From positions 140,688 through 204,687 of the forward strand of contig JBHLSH010000001.1 of the NCBI GenBank assembly GCA_048881705.1: 64,000 bases of DNA. Reading direction: 5' to 3'. Position 1 is the stretch's first letter. Each line of letters starts with the position of its first letter. Under the pieces are notes generated by a model. The model was not told the origin of the DNA, did no database searches, and worked only from the letters and a program-made list of their open reading frames with translations. Of this stretch, positions 8,397 to 19,492 are shown piece after piece. The position numbers and the translations under genes were made by a program. The DNA comes from Candidatus Heimdallarchaeota archaeon (GTDB taxonomy: Archaea > Asgardarchaeota > Heimdallarchaeia > Hodarchaeales > Hodarchaeaceae).

Positions 8397-11300
8397 CTAA
8401 ATCTGTAAATAATCTTCTGCAAGAACTTGTTCAAGCTTTTTTATGAGGTGAACGGCATTATCCTTTGTGAATATTAAAGGAGGTTTAATTTTAATCACAT
8501 TCAACAAGGGACCATCGAAACCAAGCAATATTCCTTCTTCTTTCATCCTTTCTACAACATATCGGGTTTTTAGCGGCGCTGGATCCTTTTTTTCCGGATT
8601 TATAACCAATTCAGCCCCAAGAAAGAGTCCCTCTCCTCGGACATCGCCAATTATCGGAAATCTCTCCTTTAATTTCAGAAGCTCCGTCTTGAGATAGGCT
8701 CCGATTTCGCGTGCATTTTTTTGAAGGTTTTCCGTTTGAATGACTTCAAGAACAGCTAATCCAACTGCACATGAGACGGGATTGCCTCCTGTGGTTGTAA
8801 AATATTCCATTCCATTATCAAATGCCCTTGCTATTTCTGGTGTTGTCACAACAGCACCTATAGGATGTCCATTACCCATTGGTTTTCCCAGGGTCACAAT
8901 ATCAGGCACCACATTCTGAAGTTCAAACCCCCAGAAATGGCTGCCCACTCTGCCAAAGCCCACCTGAACCTCATCTGCAATACAGACTCCACCGCAACTT
9001 CTGATATGTTTATAAACCTCTTCCAAGTATCCCTTGGGAAAAACAATCTGTCCTCCAACTCCAGGTAACGACTCACAAATAAAGGCCGCTGGGCCTCTTC
9101 CAGCTCCCTGCAAGCTTACCAATATTTGCTCTACTTCTGTAGCATATTTCTTGGATGCCTCTGGATCACCAGCTCTGTATAATCCCCGAAAAATATCTGG
9201 CATACTCACCTTATGTACGTAGGGAGGTGAACCTTGACCTCCGGGGCCTTCATGTTTGTAGGGACTGATATTGATTAATTCCCCAGTATTCCCGTGATAG
9301 GCATGATCGATGACGATTATGTCATGTTGTTTTGTATACGTCCTAGCTAGCCGCAAGGCTAATTCATTCGCTTCACTGCCACTATTGACAAAAAAACACA
9401 CTTTGAGAGGGTCGGGGAATGTTGCACACAAACGTAGAGCATATCTTACTAGATTTTCATGCAGATAACGCGTGTTAGTGTTTAAAACGATTGACTGGCG
9501 GCGTAAAGCATCCACTACCTTCGGATGATTGTGTCCAACATGTGGGACATTATTCACCGCATCAAGGTAAGAACGTGCATTTTGGTCATATAGATATTGT
9601 CCGTACCCCCTTACAATGTGCAAGGGATTTATATATGAGATACTCAAAGATGGGCCTATTTTCTGCTTTCTTAACATAAGAATCTCTTCCATAGATAGCC
9701 CATCTTGGGGAAACGATTCATCAGGAATCCGTAAGAAAATATTAGGGTCGAGACACACCGACAACCAGACTTTTTTTTGATTTGCTGGAATTTTGAAGGG
9801 GAACTTGTTTGTGGTTCCGAATAAACAGGTTGACAGCTGAAAATGAAGGAAATAAAGAGGGGTTTCACCCTTTAGTTTCCCCATATAACCCAAATGTTCC
9901 CCTTGGCTGATTTCATCACCAATTTCAAGGTTTTTTATCGAATCAGCCTCTAAATTTCTGTAAATAGTGAAATAAGTTAACTCTCCCTTGTCTAGATCTA
10001 GAATATGTTTGAGGATAAAGAGAGAAGTAAAATCAGACGATTCATGACCTTGTTTCCAGTAAACTTGACCATCAGCAGGACTGTAAATTGGTATACGGGA
10101 TATTAGGAATAAATCGTACCCTAGATGTATTGTTGGGGTTTCAACAGAACTGGGCAGATCAATGGTGTAATATAGACGCGGCTCATTATGTCTCCCAATA
10201 CCGATATTGATATTTGATTCTTTCATTCTGTCATAGATAAGACGCTGTAACCGGTCCTTATTCTGAAGTTCGTAAAATGAGCTGAATTCCAAACTATTCA
10301 CACTGAGATCAAAGACGATGTGCGGCTGATTTGAGAAGTTATATTCTATAATAGAAGTATGTGAAGTTCGAGCAAGCCATTGGCCTATACTTTGTGTTTT
10401 CAGAGAGGGGATCATTTTACATGCTATACGAAAGGATATATGGGCAAATTCGGGATGAATCTCTTTGAGCTGGTATAATGTTTTCCACGCCAAATCCTCT
10501 GAAATGCTCAGATATTCATTGTCGGGATCTATTTTCCGCTGATATGCCGATATAGTCACACTTAGACAGAGACGGAGACAAATAAAAATAAACAAGCATT
10601 CCACTTCCAGGTCAGTCAATGGAAATACGGAATGGAACCCTGTAACGGCTACTGAAGCAATACCAATTGGATTTTCTTTCCCAAGCATCAAATATGCAAT
10701 AGCAACTGCCAGCTCAAAAACGGTACAACTCTTTACCATATCTCCAAAATCTATGATACCAAAATCGTAGCTAAACGGCGTGGGCCGATAATTTACAATA
10801 ATGTTGAAATCGTTCGCATCGTTATGGATCACGCTCTTCCGTAACTTGCCTACCTTGGATTTCGTATTATTTTCAAAAAACGTCAAGAAATATTCTAAAA
10901 GCGCCTTTCTTTCAGGAAGTTGGATATATTCTTTATATCTTTCAATCACAGTATGAGCATGTCTTAAATCCCAGTGAAACTCACGTTCTGATGAAGGATG
11001 AGAAAAAGTTGACAAACCCTTAGTTAGTTCTCCGATAAAATGGCCAAATTTCGCAACAAGCTCTTCATGGTGAGGATTTATTCTTGCAAGAACCTTTCCA
11101 GGAAGATAAGTGAGCAATCTTATGAAATAATTCTCTTCTCCCCTTTTATAATGCCCAAGCAGATTATTATTCCTCGTCAAAATTATCCGTGGCGCGATCC
11201 CGGAAGCAACAGAAGATAGATGAATCAAGGCTTGATTTTGAAAATCAAGTATTTCCCTCTTCTCAAGTGTACTAGCAATCTTTAAAACAAATTCAAGCCC

Positions 11301-11456
11301 ATCCGATGCCCTTAGATAAAAATTTTGGTCACGTTCACTAGGAAACTCCTGTGCGATTCCGTTAACTCCGTACAGCTTCATGACAATTGCTTGGGCCTCT
11401 TCCTCCGAGAATTCGGGCCTTTTTAATGAGTGGTTCACTGAAATTCTAACCCGCAC
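8397..11456 (-). CDS. Trimodular fusion: APH/hydroxylysine-kinase-like domain, degenerate M23-like domain, class III PLP phospho-lyase (ETNPPL/PHYKPL-like)
   Basis: Kinase [10 protein letters not shown] and IDFGD. Middle HLGYD...SPADG...FLHFQ. C-terminal [48 protein letters not shown] (PLP lysine), GGNPVSCA. Confidence 0.87.
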   Translation of the reverse strand: MRVRISVNHSLKRPEFSEEEAQAIVMKLYGVNGIAQEFPSERDQNFYLRASDGLEFVLKIASTLEKREILDFQNQALIHLSSVASGIAPRIILTRNNNLLGHYKRGEENYFIRLLTYLPGKVLARINPHHEELVAKFGHFIGELTKGLSTFSHPSSEREFHWDLRHAHTVIERYKEYIQLPERKALLEYFLTFFENNTKSKVGKLRKSVIHNDANDFNIIVNYRPTPFSYDFGIIDFGDMVKSCTVFELAVAIAYLMLGKENPIGIASVAVTGFHSVFPLTDLEVECLFIFICLRLCLSVTISAYQRKIDPDNEYLSISEDLAWKTLYQLKEIHPEFAHISFRIACKMIPSLKTQSIGQWLARTSHTSIIEYNFSNQPHIVFDLSVNSLEFSSFYELQNKDRLQRLIYDRMKESNINIGIGRHNEPRLYYTIDLPSSVETPTIHLGYDLFLISRIPIYSPADGQVYWKQGHESSDFTSLFILKHILDLDKGELTYFTIYRNLEADSIKNLEIGDEISQGEHLGYMGKLKGETPLYFLHFQLSTCLFGTTNKFPFKIPANQKKVWLSVCLDPNIFLRIPDESFPQDGLSMEEILMLRKQKIGPSLSISYINPLHIVRGYGQYLYDQNARSYLDAVNNVPHVGHNHPKVVDALRRQSIVLNTNTRYLHENLVRYALRLCATFPDPLKVCFFVNSGSEANELALRLARTYTKQHDIIVIDHAYHGNTGELINISPYKHEGPGGQGSPPYVHKVSMPDIFRGLYRAGDPEASKKYATEVEQILVSLQGAGRGPAAFICESLPGVGGQIVFPKGYLEEVYKHIRSCGGVCIADEVQVGFGRVGSHFWGFELQNVVPDIVTLGKPMGNGHPIGAVVTTPEIARAFDNGMEYFTTTGGNPVSCAVGLAVLEVIQTENLQKNAREIGAYLKTELLKLKERFPIIGDVRGEGLFLGAELVINPEKKDPAPLKTRYVVERMKEEGILLGFDGPLLNVIKIKPPLIFTKDNAVHLIKKLEQVLAEDYLQI

Positions 11457-11495
11457 GAATAATGATATAATTATAAGGTAAAAACGGGATCCAGT

Positions 11496-13382
11496 TCATA
11501 TTAATTGTATTTCGTATGTTTCCAAAGGGGGATAGAGATCGATGTCTGTACGACCTTCCACAAGGTGAATTAGTTCCAGATACAACTTCCGATAGGATGG
11601 ATCCCGTTGTTCGCTTATTCCGGGTATCAGAATGTCGTGAACTTTTGCTAACTCGATAGATTTAGAGTAACCGGCAGCTGCGTGTCTTAAGATGGCAGAC
11701 ATAGGATCCCATGTCAGAACCCTGAATATCCGTTCTTGAGAGATTTGGGTGCCGTCTGCTACGCAGACCTGGCCAGCATGAAGTGAGTATCCCACTCCTA
11801 CACCGCCGCCGCCATGATAACTTGTCCATGTGGCGCCACATAAGGAATTTCCGAGAAGATTAAGAACAGCATAATCCCCTATAGCATCGGATCCATCTTC
11901 CATCCCTTCTGTCTCGCGATAAGGACTGGCTACTGATCCTCCATCCAAATGGTCCCGACCAATAATAACTGGGGCCTTAATCAACCCATCTGCATACAGT
12001 TTGTTTAAAAGCATGCCGAACGCAGCCCTGCCCTTGTAGCCTGCCCAAAAAACTCGCGCAGGAAGCCCTCCCTCGAAGGGGATGTACTTCGAAGCCAAAT
12101 TAATCCAGTTTATCAACATTGGGTCATCGTGAAATAGCTTCTTCGCGTAAATATCTGTAGTACGAATGTCCTCTGGGTCATTTGACAACGCGGCCCATCG
12201 GAACGGTCCTTTTCCTTCACAAAACAAAGGACGAATGTAATTAATAACGAATCCTGCAAATCCAAACGCGTCACCAAGTCCAGCTGCATGCGCTTGAGCA
12301 CGAATGTTATTACCATAGTCAAATGTCTCAGCTCCCCGTTTTTGCAGGGTCAACATTGCCCGTACATGGCGTTTTACAGTTTTATGAGCCAGTTTCTTGT
12401 ACTTGACCGGATCGGATTTCCGCAGTTCAATTGCTTCTTCGAAGGACATCTCCGCAGGAATGTATCCATTTAGCATATCGTGAGCAGAGGTTTGGTCGGT
12501 CAATACGTGAGGTGTGATGCTCTCCGAAATCAAATACTCTAACAAGTCCACGGCGTTGCATAAAATGCCGATGGATATAGCTTCATCTTTCTTGGAGTAT
12601 TCTTGTGCAAGCTTGATACTTTCAGAAATGGATGTCGTTTTTATGTCAAGATAAGGGGTTCCCTTGTCACGTCCTTGGGCATAAATCCTATCCAGATTTG
12701 ATGGATCAATTTCCGCAATCAATGCCACCTTCCCTGCCATCTTAATAGCTAAAGGCTGAGCCCCTCCCATAAGTCCCAATCCCGCTGTTACAACCAATTT
12801 TTGTTCAAACGGCGATAGAGTAGCATAAGACGGTCTTTCTTCAGCTTTATTGATGGCGGCTACCAGTGTCTCATACGTTCCTTGTATAATTCCCTGAAGG
12901 CCAATGAAAATCCAGCTTCCTGCCGTCATCTGACCGTAAACGGTCAAACCCGCGTCTACAAACTCTTGGAAAGATTGGATCCAGTTGGGCACAATAATGG
13001 AATTGGTGATTACACACCTTGGCGCCAAAGGGTGGGTGATGGTTTTGCCATAGGGCACCCCAGACTGCATAAAAAGCGTTTCATTTTGTTCTAAGTTCTT
13101 TAAAAGATCAATAGTATCGTAAAAAGCTTTCCAGTTGCGCATTGCCTTCCCACTCCCTCCATAAATGAAAAACGTCTCCCAATCTTTGCCATTATGTAGA
13201 TTTGACAGAATTGCTCGGATGATACCCTCGGTCTGCCAACCAGCTTTTGTACTAGGTGCAAGTGCATTCGCTCCACTTGGTAATGGAGGTATTTTTTCAG
13301 GTTTTAAATCCAGACGCAGCCTTTCGCGCTCGGGTAACCTAAATTTTCCCCGCACAATCTCGTTCAAGCGAGTCTGTTTCAT
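11496..13382 (-). CDS. hutU: Urocanate hydratase
   Basis: YGGSGKA, QMTAGSW, QGIIQGTYET, DQTSAHD, DYGNNIR, GKGPFRW, GRDHLD, ASPYRETE, HGGGGVG. Confidence 0.95.
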   Translation of the reverse strand: MKQTRLNEIVRGKFRLPERERLRLDLKPEKIPPLPSGANALAPSTKAGWQTEGIIRAILSNLHNGKDWETFFIYGGSGKAMRNWKAFYDTIDLLKNLEQNETLFMQSGVPYGKTITHPLAPRCVITNSIIVPNWIQSFQEFVDAGLTVYGQMTAGSWIFIGLQGIIQGTYETLVAAINKAEERPSYATLSPFEQKLVVTAGLGLMGGAQPLAIKMAGKVALIAEIDPSNLDRIYAQGRDKGTPYLDIKTTSISESIKLAQEYSKKDEAISIGILCNAVDLLEYLISESITPHVLTDQTSAHDMLNGYIPAEMSFEEAIELRKSDPVKYKKLAHKTVKRHVRAMLTLQKRGAETFDYGNNIRAQAHAAGLGDAFGFAGFVINYIRPLFCEGKGPFRWAALSNDPEDIRTTDIYAKKLFHDDPMLINWINLASKYIPFEGGLPARVFWAGYKGRAAFGMLLNKLYADGLIKAPVIIGRDHLDGGSVASPYRETEGMEDGSDAIGDYAVLNLLGNSLCGATWTSYHGGGGVGVGYSLHAGQVCVADGTQISQERIFRVLTWDPMSAILRHAAAGYSKSIELAKVHDILIPGISEQRDPSYRKLYLELIHLVEGRTDIDLYPPLETYEIQLI

Positions 13383-13840
13383 ATGATAACCACCAAACGA
13401 CTGAGAGAATAGTGGGCTTTAATTCTTCAGGATTGATTTCTGAATTTAAAATGATACTTCTGCTCACGAAGTACTTGCTGATTCATTAAGCCGCCCTAAA
13501 GTCAGGGAGTCATCTTCTATTCAATCCCCAGTATATGAAAACATCCTTCAAGACGGCCAAGGATTCCACACTGGTACGCATCACCTACTCCATGCTTCCT
13601 TCAGTACCATGAGGACGCCCAAGCCGAACATTATGAAACAACTGATCATCCTACGAGAGGTAGCATCAAAGAACTATCAATTTTCAATGAAATCTTCTTA
13701 CCTCAAAGACATCTCCTTGAACAATCTTGGATTTCAACATTGGAAAACATTGCGGCGGTTGAACAAAAACGTACGATTCTTCTATATTTTATAATGACGG
13801 TGACAATTTAAAGCAAGTTATTTACCAATATTATTCAACA

Positions 13841-14818
13841 ATGAGTGAAGGCAAACGCATGAAATTGATAGAACAACAGCAGCAAGATAAGCAGCGATTG
13901 AAAGATATTCAAACACAACTGAACGCACTGAAAACTAAACTTTTAGCATTGGAAACTGAAAAGGAACGGATTGAACAGCAAATCGCAGGCCGTGAACAAG
14001 AAATCAGGGACCAAGCCAACTCTGAGAGTGATATAAGTCAAATTCAGCTACAAGAAGAAGGTCAATTGGGCATTCTAAAGGAAATTTGGTTTTTCCCCTC
14101 CTGGAATCAATTGATTGATACGAATTTTAAGGGATTTTATTTAAATCAGCCTGTAATGGAATTAAAAAGAGATTCCGTCTTGTTAATCCCGGATATTACT
14201 CTCACAGGAACTGACGAAACAACTGGTGAAGCTTTTATCCTTGTTGTAGGTGTTGGTGTTTATTATGCTCAATTCTCTATCTCTTTGGGAAAAATCATTA
14301 CAGATTTTCGTGAAATCTGCGGGATTGTATTACCCACTGAAGCTTTTATTCGAGCTCAGGATCAAGCCAGCTCGACAATCAACTCTCAAAAATTAGAAAT
14401 GACAGAGTACATGACTAAGATTCCGTTTACTTTTCTTTTAGAACGAGAAACAACTCAGATGTATATGCGAGGTGTTGTAACGAGGAATATAATGCATCCA
14501 AATAAGGAAATCTTTGATCTATTAGAAAATTTGTGTAAATCAAAAACGACACTTTCAGAGGAAGACGGCTTTAAGATTTTATCAGGGGGGTTATCTGCAG
14601 AACATTCAATCTACAAGAACGAATTATTAACAGAAAAACAAATACCTGAGTACAGTCGAATTACTGCGGGGTTAAAAAACGTTAAACCAACGTTAGGAAA
14701 GATTATGAGTACCTTACAGTTAGAAGAAATGAGGGCTCAGATCTTTAAGAATATAAAGCAAATCAAACACGATTATACCACTATTGGGCTTCCCCGATTA
14801 CGCGATTGGATGCCGTAG
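13841..14818 (+). CDS. Hypothetical protein with N-terminal coiled coil
   Basis: 325-aa ATG ORF. Residues ~5-60 are a Q/E/K-rich heptad stretch, followed by a globular domain I do not recognise. Converges on the GTPase gene. Confidence 0.72.
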   Translation: MSEGKRMKLIEQQQQDKQRLKDIQTQLNALKTKLLALETEKERIEQQIAGREQEIRDQANSESDISQIQLQEEGQLGILKEIWFFPSWNQLIDTNFKGFYLNQPVMELKRDSVLLIPDITLTGTDETTGEAFILVVGVGVYYAQFSISLGKIITDFREICGIVLPTEAFIRAQDQASSTINSQKLEMTEYMTKIPFTFLLERETTQMYMRGVVTRNIMHPNKEIFDLLENLCKSKTTLSEEDGFKILSGGLSAEHSIYKNELLTEKQIPEYSRITAGLKNVKPTLGKIMSTLQLEEMRAQIFKNIKQIKHDYTTIGLPRLRDWMP

Positions 14819-14915
14819 GCTTTTTATTGTATAAAAATGAAGGATTTTCTTTTTTCCTTATTATCCATTGTAAGAAGTAGGGTCTTAGGATAGGGAACGA
14901 AGTAATACGGAATGT

Positions 14916-15617
14916 TCAGTTTTTACTAAGTTCGGCCACCAGGATATCCCGAATGACTTGCTGGATGGGCATGATGATTCGTTGTACTGGCTGAGGTCGA
15001 GATTTCGGGTTCCAGTTTCCACTACTCCATGTTTCCTTTAATGCCTGTAAAGCCTCCAAACATGAAACTTCATGCACACTGGCAAAAGTGTCTCGTAACT
15101 TGTCCGAGACCCCTGCTTCCACCATCAAACGCCCAACATCTGCTGCCGAAATACGTGTGCCAACGGGTAAATCCATCTTATTTAGCATTATCTGCAATTT
15201 GACTTCTCCATTGAGGAGTTTATCTTCTAAGATCTCAAACAATTCCGTAAGCGAAGTTTTGTTCTCCTCCCACCGCGCAGATTCTGAATCCAACACGACT
15301 ATGATGCCATGAAGGCCATTCACAACGATCTTACGCATGCTTTTGAAACGATCTTGTCCAGGAGTCGTAAAGAGGTGATATTTAAATTCTCTTCCCGTAC
15401 CTGTACCCAAACCGAAGGTAGCCTGATCGAATCCGATGGTACGCTCCGTAGCCTTGTCTTCAAGTTTGAGGAAATTATAGACATTCTCGGGATCTTCCCG
15501 TTTTTTTATGGCGTGGAAAAGCGAGAGCGCCGTGGTCTTCCCAGCCATCGTTGCACCCCAAAAGACGATCTTAATTCCCTGTTTGCTCTCTTCAAAGACA
15601 ACCTCTTCTTGGCTCAA
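14916..15617 (-). CDS. Small GTPase, MglA-like (Ras superfamily)
   Basis: G1 GATMAGKT, switch I ERTIGFD, G3 FTTPGQ (MglA-type, lacks the DxxG Asp), GIIVVLDS, G4 NKMD. Confidence 0.87.
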   Translation of the reverse strand: MSQEEVVFEESKQGIKIVFWGATMAGKTTALSLFHAIKKREDPENVYNFLKLEDKATERTIGFDQATFGLGTGTGREFKYHLFTTPGQDRFKSMRKIVVNGLHGIIVVLDSESARWEENKTSLTELFEILEDKLLNGEVKLQIMLNKMDLPVGTRISAADVGRLMVEAGVSDKLRDTFASVHEVSCLEALQALKETWSSGNWNPKSRPQPVQRIIMPIQQVIRDILVAELSKN

Positions 15618-15837
15618 TATCAGTTCCTCGTGTTCCTGTATAGTACGTTTATAATGAGATTCGTGATCGTTCCGATGACGGATCTGCTCGAGAACGTGGT
15701 AACAGTGTGGTTCTAAATTTTCGATGTGTCTATCTTAAAAGCTGCTTGCTTTTTTTTAAAGATTAGGGAACGCTCTCAAAACCGACAATAAAACAAAATC
15801 AGAGGATCTTAGGTACAAGTGAAGGTGGAAAACACAG

Positions 15838-16563
15838 ATGACGGAGCATTATGATGTAATAGCGGTTTCTCCTCATCCAGACGACGCTGAGATCGGATGT
15901 GGCGGCACTCTAGCACTGCTATCGAACGAGGGATATCGCTGCGGAATCATTGACCTTACAGATGGGGAGCCCACGCCTTTCAATGATGACCCCGCAATTC
16001 GAATTGAAGAGTCGCTTCAATCTGCAAAAACATTAGGAATCGAACGAATTTTACTTGATCTGCCTAATCGTACACTTATGGATTCCATTAAGGCCCGTTT
16101 AGCTCTGGCAAGGGCATTCCGTCAAACCCAGCCACGAATCGTAATTGGAATGCAGGGGGTCACCCCTAATGCCTCGCCAGATCACCATCAAAGCCAATTG
16201 ATTTTTGACGCGGCAATCTTCTATAGTCGCCTATCAAAGTGGGAACATCACTTTGATGGGTTACCTCCCTGGCGTATACCTCAAACCTTTTACTATTACA
16301 CTGCTCGAGAAATCCATAGCGAAGGTTTTTTTCCCCTTCAGTTTATTGTTGATATTTCAAATCAATTCGAGAGAAAAAAGGAAGCTCTTTTGCAGTACAA
16401 AAGCCAATTTCGAGCTCATCCCTCATATAATCCACCTATCTTGGACTGGATTGAGGGCATGGGGCGCTATTTCGGCTCATTGATCGGTTGTAAATATGGC
16501 GAGATATTCTATGGAACCAAGGTTTTGAACGTGAATCTATTCCAAACCTATCTTTCGAGATGA
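15838..16563 (+). CDS. PIG-L/LmbE family Zn deacetylase (BshB1-like)
   Basis: SPHPDDAEIGCGG, DLTDGE, PDHH, VDIS...KKEALLQYKSQF, GCKYGEIF. Confidence 0.88.
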   Translation: MTEHYDVIAVSPHPDDAEIGCGGTLALLSNEGYRCGIIDLTDGEPTPFNDDPAIRIEESLQSAKTLGIERILLDLPNRTLMDSIKARLALARAFRQTQPRIVIGMQGVTPNASPDHHQSQLIFDAAIFYSRLSKWEHHFDGLPPWRIPQTFYYYTAREIHSEGFFPLQFIVDISNQFERKKEALLQYKSQFRAHPSYNPPILDWIEGMGRYFGSLIGCKYGEIFYGTKVLNVNLFQTYLSR

Positions 16564-17495
16564 CGGGAACGCGCGATTTTCGCCGCCATCAGGGCATATT
16601 CCAAAAATTCACGACTGCCTAGCTGGTCGATTGAGGCCTTTAACGCCTTTAGAATCTGTTCTTGCCGTTGGTCTTGCTTATCAAATGAGGGCTGGGAGAG
16701 GCATTTACTATAAAAGACGGCGGCATCTTGAAAATTCCCTAATTTGAAAAGCCCTTCTGCTATTGCATGATGATCGCTCCACGGATCTCGTTTGGACTCA
16801 GACTGCAATTCATCGAGTAAATCCGCATAATGTTTTAGGGCAATGATTGCACATCTTAAGGTATCGATTACCGCGTGTTTGGCCAGGATATCACATGCTT
16901 TAACTTGGAGAGACATAACCAGTCTTTTTTGTTCAGAGGGACGATCAGACATACTAGTACCTAATGTATCAAGCACTCGCCAATATTGAGGAATTTCATA
17001 GCCTTCGATAGGATCAGAAACTCGTTGAAGAATTCGTGACTTAGTGCCAAATTCGGCCAAATCCTTAACATCCATATTGGGACCAAGAATGTCAGCTAGA
17101 CCAATATCACGGAATTTTGGATTATAGTATGATCCCATATAGCTATAAAATTCCAAGTAGTTGGGGATAATGTTTGTTATATATTCCAACACCCTCCGTT
17201 TAAATTGTTCAAAGCGGGTATTATTTGTTAGATGAAACAAACAGATTTCGGATCCATGTGCTACACACATAGAGATAATTTGTCCGAGCGGTCCATCTGA
17301 TTCCAGTTTGAAGATACAAGTCCCGCTTGGTAGCGTAATCGGAATCTCGACCGTTTTTTCAAAGGTAGAAACTGTAAGGTCAGATACCTTTACCCAAGGT
17401 TCTGCCAAAACATTGGAAAATATCCAGAGCTCTGGCTGATTGGCCAGTTCAAATAATGTTTTTCGAGTTCTTTTGTGAGACACAGCCGTATCCAC
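16548..17495 (-). CDS. Hypothetical protein with C-terminal TPR-like helices
   Basis: 315-aa GTG ORF, 33 bp downstream of tgtA and on the same strand. C-terminal HHAIAEGLFKLGNFQDAAVFYSKCL is TPR-like. Confidence 0.68.
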   Translation of the reverse strand: MDTAVSHKRTRKTLFELANQPELWIFSNVLAEPWVKVSDLTVSTFEKTVEIPITLPSGTCIFKLESDGPLGQIISMCVAHGSEICLFHLTNNTRFEQFKRRVLEYITNIIPNYLEFYSYMGSYYNPKFRDIGLADILGPNMDVKDLAEFGTKSRILQRVSDPIEGYEIPQYWRVLDTLGTSMSDRPSEQKRLVMSLQVKACDILAKHAVIDTLRCAIIALKHYADLLDELQSESKRDPWSDHHAIAEGLFKLGNFQDAAVFYSKCLSQPSFDKQDQRQEQILKALKASIDQLGSREFLEYALMAAKIARSRHLER

Positions 17496-17528
17496 ACTGG
17501 TATCAATATCAATTCTAGATAAGTTTTT

Positions 17529-19454
17529 CTAACGTCGGACTCGCACGGCTACTCCACGGTTAAAATCCAGCATTTCAGGGACAGAAAGGACACTCTTTCC
17601 ATAATTCAGAAACGAACCTTGTTTATTCACGATAAGAACCTCCTCGCCGCATCGAATCATAGGATCCGCTTTTATAACGAACTTTGCCAAGAGATCTTTA
17701 TTCTGTTTGACAAATGGTACTGCTTCATCGCTCGCCTCGACTCGCATTTGAGGCCTAGGAAGGAAATTGTACAGCATCTCGGCAAATCTAGGCGACGGTA
17801 CAATAATGAAGTCGGAGGCCCTAAAAGTTCCTAAGAGATCATCACCTTCGGTAAAACGCCGTAACACCCCAGTTTTTTGCGATCTTTCAATTGTAAGGTT
17901 AATATTCTCAAGTAATTTATGAGAACCAGCTCCGAATTGATAATCAACAATTGCTTTTATGATATAAACGTCATCCCGCCTGCTTAAGGATCTTGGGCGT
18001 TCGAAAAAATCAAAACCTTGAAGAAGTTCGTTTTCAACGGAGACTGATGGATGGATCAATATTTCTTTGAATTTGGATTTAAATCTGTTAAGAAAAACCT
18101 CGATATATTCAATGATCTCTGAAGAAATTTCCATTGGAATCCGTTCGTGTTGTACCAAGGGATATACTCCTAGCAACTCATCGGGGATAATCCCAAAGGT
18201 GGGAGACAGGCGTATAACTTGATAAGACTGCGAGGAATGCAATTTTTGATTTTCCCGGGTAATAACCAACTTAGAACTCCAAGAAAAGAATCGTTCCATT
18301 ATTCTTTGGCGATAACGAAGTAACAGAGGCTGATTAATCAAGATTGGATGAGTGATCAGTAATGCTCTAGTCTTTGAAGCTGTTTCAAAGGGTTCGACGA
18401 GTTTTGATGTTGATTTGCCAAAAAGAAGGTTGATATTTTTCATCAATGAAGGATGAGCCGCTGCGCGGACCAGTGCTAGTTCATATAATCGCCCCTCTGT
18501 GATCGCTTGTCTAATTCTCCGAATTTCTTCCAGGCTCACAATCAAGTTATGTTTGGCTAACAGAATTGTACGGGTTTCCAAATCGAGGTGACGTAATTCT
18601 ACAGGGACAAAATTAACACACACCTCACATGAGCAAGGGAAATACTCCAGATTTTCCAAGTATTCAGTACCAGTTACCGTGATATAGCGATTTTTCTGGG
18701 CATAAAGCATATAGGCGGCAGAATCGAAAACATCAACACCAAGAAGTACCGCAATCCCAAAAATCATGGGATGTCCTGCCCCAAACAGATGAATCGGTCT
18801 ATTGGTGGGAAGATGCTGCTTGATTGTCAGAAGCATTCGAATAACGTTTTCATAATCATATTTCTCAAGGAGTGGAACAACTGATCCAAGAGGGTGAATA
18901 TGAAAAGGATGTTTGCGCATCTTTTCACATGATGATTCAATTAAATCCAAATGTATCCCCCCTTGAATAGGACCCGCCCATAGAATTGGATTATCGGAGC
19001 TTCTAAGCTTTAAATTTTCTTCAGCTCTCTTAACAGTCTTTTCCAATGCTGCTTTATGGTCCTCATACTTCTCAGTTTTGACCGGAACGTCCAAAAATAC
19101 CCCGATGTCGCTTCCTATTTGTTCCTGAAATTGTATAATCTCAAGGTTGGATACTTCGACATCCCCGTATTGCATTAGTTGAAATGCCCCCGAATCAGTC
19201 ATTATGGGGCCCGAAAACCCTAGATATTTATGTAATCCTGATTGAAGGACACTTTCTCGGTTTTCAGCGTTACGGAACAAGAGATATGCGTTAGTGATAA
19301 ATGCTTCCGCACCTAGACGAACCATTTCTTGAGGAGAAACCATTTGACGATTGGGATTGATGACTGGAAGTAACACTGGGGTCATCATCTTGCCATGGTT
19401 GGTTTCTAGCATGCCTATGCGACCCCACCCGTCTTTTTTCCGAATAGTATACAT
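17529..19454 (-). CDS. tgtA: Archaeosine tRNA-guanine transglycosylase (arcTGT) with C-terminal PUA domain
   Basis: GRIG...TPVLLPVINP, IMTDSGAFQ, WAGPIQGG, PIHLFGAGHP, GVDVFDSAAY, Zn site CSCEVC...HN, PUA region VDYQFG...FVKQNKDLLAKFV. Start set at the ATG at 19454 (MYTIRKKDG). Confidence 0.93.
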   Translation of the reverse strand: MYTIRKKDGWGRIGMLETNHGKMMTPVLLPVINPNRQMVSPQEMVRLGAEAFITNAYLLFRNAENRESVLQSGLHKYLGFSGPIMTDSGAFQLMQYGDVEVSNLEIIQFQEQIGSDIGVFLDVPVKTEKYEDHKAALEKTVKRAEENLKLRSSDNPILWAGPIQGGIHLDLIESSCEKMRKHPFHIHPLGSVVPLLEKYDYENVIRMLLTIKQHLPTNRPIHLFGAGHPMIFGIAVLLGVDVFDSAAYMLYAQKNRYITVTGTEYLENLEYFPCSCEVCVNFVPVELRHLDLETRTILLAKHNLIVSLEEIRRIRQAITEGRLYELALVRAAAHPSLMKNINLLFGKSTSKLVEPFETASKTRALLITHPILINQPLLLRYRQRIMERFFSWSSKLVITRENQKLHSSQSYQVIRLSPTFGIIPDELLGVYPLVQHERIPMEISSEIIEYIEVFLNRFKSKFKEILIHPSVSVENELLQGFDFFERPRSLSRRDDVYIIKAIVDYQFGAGSHKLLENINLTIERSQKTGVLRRFTEGDDLLGTFRASDFIIVPSPRFAEMLYNFLPRPQMRVEASDEAVPFVKQNKDLLAKFVIKADPMIRCGEEVLIVNKQGSFLNYGKSVLSVPEMLDFNRGVAVRVRR

Positions 19455-19492
19455 AAGATGCCGTTTCCTCTCTGAAATGTTAGCTTTCCCAT

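Noticed and set aside
11496-13382. HutU lacks the Cys of the bacterial ARICW motif (reads ARVFW)
   Set aside because: Eukaryote-type urocanases also lack this Cys as I recall, and all other catalytic and NAD-binding motifs are intact, so this is not evidence of inactivation.
13400-13800. Possible small gene or pseudogene between hutU and the 325-aa ORF
   Set aside because: I checked all six frames by eye and found only short or start-less frames with no recognisable homology.
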